Shown: positions 57,298 to 64,000 of the stretch, piece after piece
Layout of the letters: every line of letters starts with the position of its first letter
Position numbering within the stretch: position 1 is the stretch's first letter
Assembly: GCA_951406725.2 (NCBI GenBank)
Contig: OX597836.1
Span: forward strand, 10,974,001-11,038,000
DNA: 64,000 bases
From: Octopus vulgaris
Taxonomy: Eukaryota
Reading direction: 5' to 3'
Notes under the pieces: model-generated
Seen by the model: the letters and a program-made list of their open reading frames with translations, nothing else
What the model was told of the DNA's origin: nothing
The model's database searches: none
Position numbers and translations under genes: made by a program

Positions 57298-57999
57298 TGA
57301 CGGGATTCCGCACAGTTTCCTTTTACAAAATGCATTCAAAGCCATTGTTCAATCCGGAGGTGTAGTAAAAGACACTTGCCCAAGGTACAGCAGAGTGTGA
57401 CGGAACCCGAAATCACGCGGTTGCAAAGCAAAATTTCTTTACCACATAGCCATGCCCACGCTACTCCTTGTTCACAACCTCTGTCTGGTTCGCATTGTTT
57501 CATTAAAGATTTATTTCCTCTTATTACAACCTTTGTTGTTGGCCTCTGTTTATGTAAGATCCACTTTGTGTGTAGTGTATGTAACTACTTTCTTGTTTAA
57601 GCGCTATAATGTTTGCTCTCAGTTTGTGAATTAAAAATGAAATGCAAAATGTTCTTGTTTACAAATCTTAAGACAACATCTTTGAAATTCTCCGGGGCGT
57701 GTACGCCAGAGCAAGAAGCTATCTTGTTAAACAAATCAAACGAATGTTTGCCAAATATAATAAAAAACAGAAATACCCAAAGAGAAATTTTTTTAATTTT
57801 TTCCACCCCAAAGTAAAGACGGGGTGGATGCTCACATCTTCCAAAAAGAGAAACAGTAAAAGACATTATGTTTTTTTTTTCTTTCTTAATTATCAACATG
57901 GTAATTCGGTTCACCTGTGGAGGCTATTTCTGAACACTTCAGTTGCACTCATTTCCTTCACCGCCTCCCTACCCCTAAAAAACAACAGACGACGATGCA

Positions 58000-58036
58000 C
58001 AATAACAACAACGGCGACGGCAATAAGGATGATGAA

Positions 58037-58075
<39 letters not shown>

Positions 58076-58117
58076 AATAATAATAATAATAATAATAATG
58101 ATAATAATAACAACCAC

Positions 58118-58170
<53 letters not shown>

Positions 58171-58383
58171 CAATAATAATAATAATAATAATAATGATAA
58201 TAATGATAATAATAATAATATCTATCACAACAACAAGAACAGTAACTACTACTACTACTATTACTACTACTAATACTAGTGGTGGTGGTGGTGGTGGTGG
58301 TGGCAATGATGATGATGGTGATGATAATGATAATAACAATGACAATAAAAACAACAACAACAATAATAATATTAATAATAATG

Positions 58384-58414
<31 letters not shown>

Positions 58415-58419
58415 TGATG

Positions 58420-58493
<74 letters not shown>

Positions 58494-58500
58494 CATAATC

Positions 58501-58531
<31 letters not shown>

Positions 58532-58554
58532 CAATAATAATAATAATGATGATG

Positions 58555-58611
<57 letters not shown>
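58000..58611. repeat. Mosaic trinucleotide array (GAT/AAT/TAC/GGT)
   Basis: Directly visible. Confidence 0.93.
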
Positions 58612-58893
58612 GGACTTTAACTGCAGCGCAAGATCAAAGCCTTCCTACCAGACATTACCAAAAACGTGTAATGAAAAGAAATACAAGTAACTGCTGAATA
58701 TGTGGAGATGGAGAAGAAACAATAAGCCATATTGTCCCTGGCTGCCCAATCCTGGCAAACAAGGAATATATTCACAGTCATGACAGATTTGGGATCTATA
58801 TACACTGGAAGCAAGCCAACACTATGGAATAACAACAGCAAAAATGGTGGTATAGGCACACGCCAGAAAAAGGTCACAGAAAAGGAGAAGGCA
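58612..58893 (+). mobile_element. R4/Dong-clade remnant (CCHC knuckle region), with stop codon and frameshift
   Basis: AAQDQSLPTRHYQK..NC*ICGDGEETISHIVPGCPILANKEYIHSHD..YIHWK..WYRHTPEKV; starts at an (AAT)n array. Confidence 0.8.
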
Positions 58894-59179
58894 AGGGGAG
58901 GCTGGCATGCATAGGCGACTGCTGGCCTTCCACAAACCACCTTGCCCGGACTTGTGCCTCGGAGGGTAACTTTCTAGATGCAGTCCCATGGTCATTTATG
59001 ACCGAAAGGGGTCTCCTCCTTTAGCTCCTCTGTGTTCACTTCGGGATTCCAGCGCTATACCGAATTACTGCGTCTGTGCGCGAGTTTATTGCCGAAATTA
59101 TGTTTCTGGCATTCAACTTTGTTGCCAATATTTTTTTTACTCGCTACAGATACACTTTCTTTGTCTTTTCTTTTTTTTT

Positions 59180-59575
59180 TCTTGATCCTCAACACTACAA
59201 ACTATCCCAAAAATAGTCCTGCTAGGAACAGCCCACATCCTACGCAGGCACTATCAATTCCATCATAAAACCGAAACAAAACAATCCACAAAGACAAATA
59301 TCCAATAAAATAAACAACCACCGCCTGGCTTATAACTCAACAGAAGAACGCATCTCTCTTTACCCACTCGACACACAATACAAACACTTAAACAACAAAA
59401 GACTGAAACCAGACCCCATAACAAAACAAACTGGCGCAATACGATCGCGGAAAGAGTTTGCACCCCCCCCCCCCAATAATAAAGAGAACACACAATGCTG
59501 CATCCCCACCCTAGGAACACGGGGTGTGTAGCAGGTGATGCAGTAGAAATTTGTCACAAACTACCATATGGATAA
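59180..59575 (+). mobile_element. R4/Dong-clade 3' end plus UTR
   Basis: PKIVLLGTAHILRR from 59207, then a UTR ending at a (TAG)n array. Confidence 0.65.
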
Positions 59576-59601
59576 TTGTAGTAGAAGTAATAGTAGTAGT
59601 G

Positions 59602-59653
<52 letters not shown>

Positions 59654-59732
59654 ACTTTGCTCAATTGTCGATGAAGACACGGAATAGGAAAGCATCTTAT
59701 ATATATATATATATATATATATAAAGTGGAGT

Positions 59733-59798
<66 letters not shown>

Positions 59799-60926
59799 AC
59801 CTGATTAGTTTCTCTGGTTCTCTCTGGCGCGTGCTTAATTGCTAATTCCGACTGTTTGGCTCAAAGTAAAACTTTTAGACTTCTCGTTTAGACAAAAGCG
59901 TATGTGTTTTGCTTACACATAACGTTATAGTTCAAATTTATACACCCATTCATTCAATCATCTATCGATCCTTCCAAACCTCCATGCATGCCTCCATCCA
60001 TCCATGCATACATCCATACATAACTACATTCCTACATACGTACAGACACACACAGAGAAACATATATTCATTTATATGCCTACACACATACACAGACATA
60101 TACGTGGGCGTGTTTGTGTGCACGTATACGTTAATATGCTTCTCTCTACATGTATAGACACACACATACACGTATATATATATATATATATGTATATGTT
60201 AGTGTGTATATATACGTATATGTTTAGATACATATCTATATTCATCAACGTCTAGTTACTTCGGGAGCTCACTTTTGTTCAGTACTATTTTTGAAGCGGA
60301 GAGGTTATTCTAAGTTTATGAATGAGGAAAAGCAAAATGCTATTTAAGGAGAAACGAAACTGAGAAAAACTAAATACAACAATGATTAAGAGAAAGTAAG
60401 AATCCCATTGAAAATGATAATGTAAAATATGCAAATGAAATAAGAATTTCATTCACTCTTTGTTCGGACAGAAACAAGGTCGCTTTAAGTCTATTATAAA
60501 CCATACCCAATATTCTATTATTGGTTTTTCAGATAAATTCGTTCGTTTCTTTTTTTGTTCTCTATTTTGCAAGCCATCGTCACGTATTTAAAAAGAAATA
60601 GAATTTATTCGAATTTCAAAACCGACAACGAACCGGCCGATTTGTTAGCACGCCGGGCAAAAAATCTGTAAAGCATTTTGCCCATCTTTACGTTTTGAGT
60701 TCAAATTCCACCGAGGTCGACTTTGTCGATGTAACCGTTTTTCCTCCTGCCCTAAAATTGCTGGCCGTTTGCGAAAATTCGAAACCAATATTAATGTTCA
60801 GTCTAGGTTGAAGTGTGACCAGGTAATTATATGATGCGAGGCGCTTCGGCTGTAAACTTCCATGTATTTTGAATGACACGTATAATAAGTATTGTTTATG
60901 TGTCTGCTTAATATTTAAGCTCATTT

Positions 60927-63600
60927 GGTGCAATACGAGGGAGATTTGACTTCAATATCTAGCAAATAGAAGCATCATAGCGTCTCGCACGTCGGCACGT
61001 TTTGAATAAGATTATGTCATGTACAAGCAATGATTTTAATAAGAAATAACGTTTCTTGATTAAGAACTTAAAATTATATTGCTCACCACAATTTCTATAT
61101 TTGTGTCGGCGAAATCATTATTTTCTTCTCTCTATATAACATCCCGTTATAGAAATAGCTATTTTCGTCAAGAATTAAGTCTCCAGTTGTCTCGTTCACA
61201 TATCTTCCAATCGCCTCCGTCTACGGCGGATGGACGTCTCTCTTCGTTTTCTAAGATATCCGGATATTAACATTTTCATGTTGTTTTCGACTTCCTCCGG
61301 ATAGATGAACACTTAAATAATGTTTAATGTTTTAACATCACAACCAGAATATAATACAATTTAGTCAGATGTACACCACATAGAAACGGATATGATTTCT
61401 ATTCTGGATATAATACTTAAATGTCGTTTAATGAGATGTATAAGTGTGGAAGAAACTGTGTGACAGAATCGTTTTGGCTTTGATTTTTAAAATCTATGGT
61501 TGCCAAATATCCTGATATATATTTCAAGTGTTTCTCTTAATATTTTATGTAATTAAGAATTCCTCGGACATAATCTTGATCATCCTGAAATGTCCTGAAA
61601 TACGTTACCATTTTGTAGCTGAACAAAATGTGAACGAATTTAGAGATAAAAGATTGTTGTGGCAAGAATTCTGTTATTTCTGACCCGGAGTCATAAAATA
61701 TAAAATGAGAGGACCGGACCTTAAATTATTATCTTTGAGTGTAAGGAATCTTACACAGGTATATTCCTTTTTGAAATTTTTTAGCGAATCACAATCCTCA
61801 CCTGTCATTATTATTAATTTTCATTGCGTAATTTACTTTAATATATTTTTATTAATGTGTTAAACAGTGCAGTGCTGTACTGTATTTTTATTTATTAACT
61901 AGCAGTATCGCCCGGCGTTGCTCGGGTTTGTTTCGACCCTTTAGAATTGAAATTTTTGAATTGTAAAAATTGTGCATTATTTAGCTTGTTATTCTCTTTA
62001 AGTGAACATTTTTCTGGTTGAAATACACCGAAAAATGGTGACACAGCAGTCAAAAATCATAAAAAATAGGGATTTTCATAGAAAAAATTACCTTTTTGAT
62101 GTAAATAATCTTTGGTCTTAACATGGTCCAATTTGAATTTCTTCTTCTGCGGACGGAAGAGCAAGCCTTTTTCTATCATACTCTCAATTTTGGTCAACTT
62201 GCGCCGCAGGATCTCGGAGGAGATAGTGTTAGTTGAAAGCTACCAAACCTGCCACACACACACATACAACTTCAGCTTTATATATAGAGAGATTTATTAC
62301 TTTTTAGGCGTTACCACAGAATTAATTAAAATCTAAAAAAATATAAATAGCTATCGGCTGCAGAAACCCGCGATATAAATTTACATATATTAGCCAGGAA
62401 AATACGCGATGTACTGCGGGCGCGATAGGTGAACCATAATTTGGCGAGTGTTTACTGTACTTTTTAATGTGTCTAATTCTTATTAATGTTGCATGAAGTA
62501 CATTGTTTCAATAAATAAAAGCAAACAGGATTAGAATATCCATAATACTGACATACTTGACATAGTGTCATAAATATATAAATGACACGGGCTTATATTA
62601 TTGTTCTTCAGTTTAAGTGTTTTAACAGATTTCAATTCTTTTTAGAAAATGTCCGCCATTAAGTGCCTTCTCCTGGGAAATATTAATTTTACTTTGTTAT
62701 GTTCGAAACAACTTAACATTAATGTTCACTCTTTACCAAACTGAATTGAAATGGGTTTATGTTCTGTGGTGTATCGGCTGTAAACATATTCGTCTTTTAA
62801 ATACGTTTATTTAACCAGATTTTCACTATGATGTGACTATTTCTTATTTATGATTATAAGGTGCGATCTGATGGAGATTTGACTGCAATATCTAGCAAAC
62901 GGCGACACCATATTGTCTCCTTTGGCACATTATAAAAAAGATGTGTCATATACAACTAAGATTCAATAATTTTAATAAGAAATAACGTTTCTTCATTATG
63001 ATCTGAGAATGATATTGCTCACCACAATTTCTATATTCGTGTCGGCGAAATCATATTATTTTCTTCTCTCTATATAACGTCCCGTTATAGAAATAGCTAT
63101 TTTCGTCAAGAATTAAGTCTCCAGTTGTCTCGTTCACATATCTTCCTATCGCCTCCGTCTACGGCGGATGGACGTCTCTCTTCGTTTTCTAAGATATCCG
63201 GATATTAACATTTTCATGTTGTTTTCGACTTCCTCCGGATAGATGAACACTTAAATAATGCTTAATGTTTTAACATCACAACCAGAATATAATACAATTT
63301 AGTCAGATGTACACCACATAGAAACGGATATGATTTCTATTCTGGATATAATACTTAAATGTCGTTTAATGAGATGTATAAGTGTGGAAGAAACTGTGTG
63401 ACAGAATCCTTTTGGCTTTGATTTTTAAAATCTATGGTTGCCAAATATCCTGATATATATTTCAAGTGTTTCTCTTAATATTTTATGTAATTAAGAATTC
63501 CTCGGACATAATATGGACATAAGTATGATCATTATGAAATATTATGAAATATATTGTTGTTCTGTAGTTGAAGAAAATGTGAACGAATTTGGAAATAAAA
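60927..63600 (+). repeat. Direct duplication: about 60927-61650 and 62860-63600, near-identical core 61076-61573 / 63013-63512
   Basis: Core from ATATTGCTCACCACAATTTC to TTAAGAATTCCTCGGACATAAT is repeated about 1.94 kb apart with very few differences. Confidence 0.92.
61899..62292 (-). mobile_element. Non-autonomous Helitron
   Basis: Minus strand A|TCTCTCTATATA...CCCGAGCAACGCCGGG hairpin..CTAG|T: 5'-TC, subterminal hairpin, CTRR-3' end, A/T target, no TSD. Confidence 0.8.
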
Positions 63601-64000
63601 ATGTTGAACCAATATGAATGTAAACGGTTGTCATAGTTGAAACGTCGACACAATAGTGACACCATTATACTCGTAATCATCATGATATAACTTGTTATTC
63701 TGTCGCTGAAGATGACGCAAATCAATTTGAGAATATGATATATCTATTTTGTTATGAGAATTATTCATGATTTTTTTAACGAAGGAAAACAAACTAAACC
63801 AATGAAATATTCATAGTTATATAACATGAAGTAAAAGTACATGTCTTTCCATATGAAAATCTCTGTCACTCTCTTTTCTTTCTGGTTCTCCGTTCTTCTC
63901 TTTTGCGAAAACACGTGAGCGTTCTGCTGCGGGTGTTTCAGAGTTCGTTATCGTCAGCATATTCTTGTTATCTTTCACAGCCAAGCGTCCGGGACTCCGA

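Overview
An AT-rich, microsatellite-saturated eukaryotic window, most likely intergenic or intronic. The SINE repertoire and (TA)n/(TATC)n/(AAT)n load resemble an octopus (cephalopod) genome; this is inference. Nearly all ORF-track entries are translations of simple repeats. The only convincing host coding sequence is an uninterrupted 253-codon minus-strand ORF (56203-56964) matching the SAM-containing C-terminus of type II diacylglycerol kinase (delta/eta). It sits between two (TA)n tracts, has no splice acceptor or poly(A), and its ATG is formed at the microsatellite junction. The rest is mobile DNA: four tRNA-headed SINE families, CR1 and R4/Dong LINE remnants, a probable RTE 5'UTR, mariner-like and piggyBac-like MITEs, a non-autonomous Helitron, and local inverted and direct duplications. 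The most striking pattern is about seven unrelated families of short (80-500 bp), often fold-back elements. Five carry a complete minimal type I hammerhead-like motif (canonical or variant core) and two a partial one. The motif lies about 50-180 nt upstream of a 3' end that usually abuts (TA)n, as expected for Penelope-like pseudo-LTRs. A head-to-head hammerhead pair lies just upstream of the DGK-SAM ORF, one copy on the ORF's strand. No ribozyme activity or expression can be shown from sequence alone.
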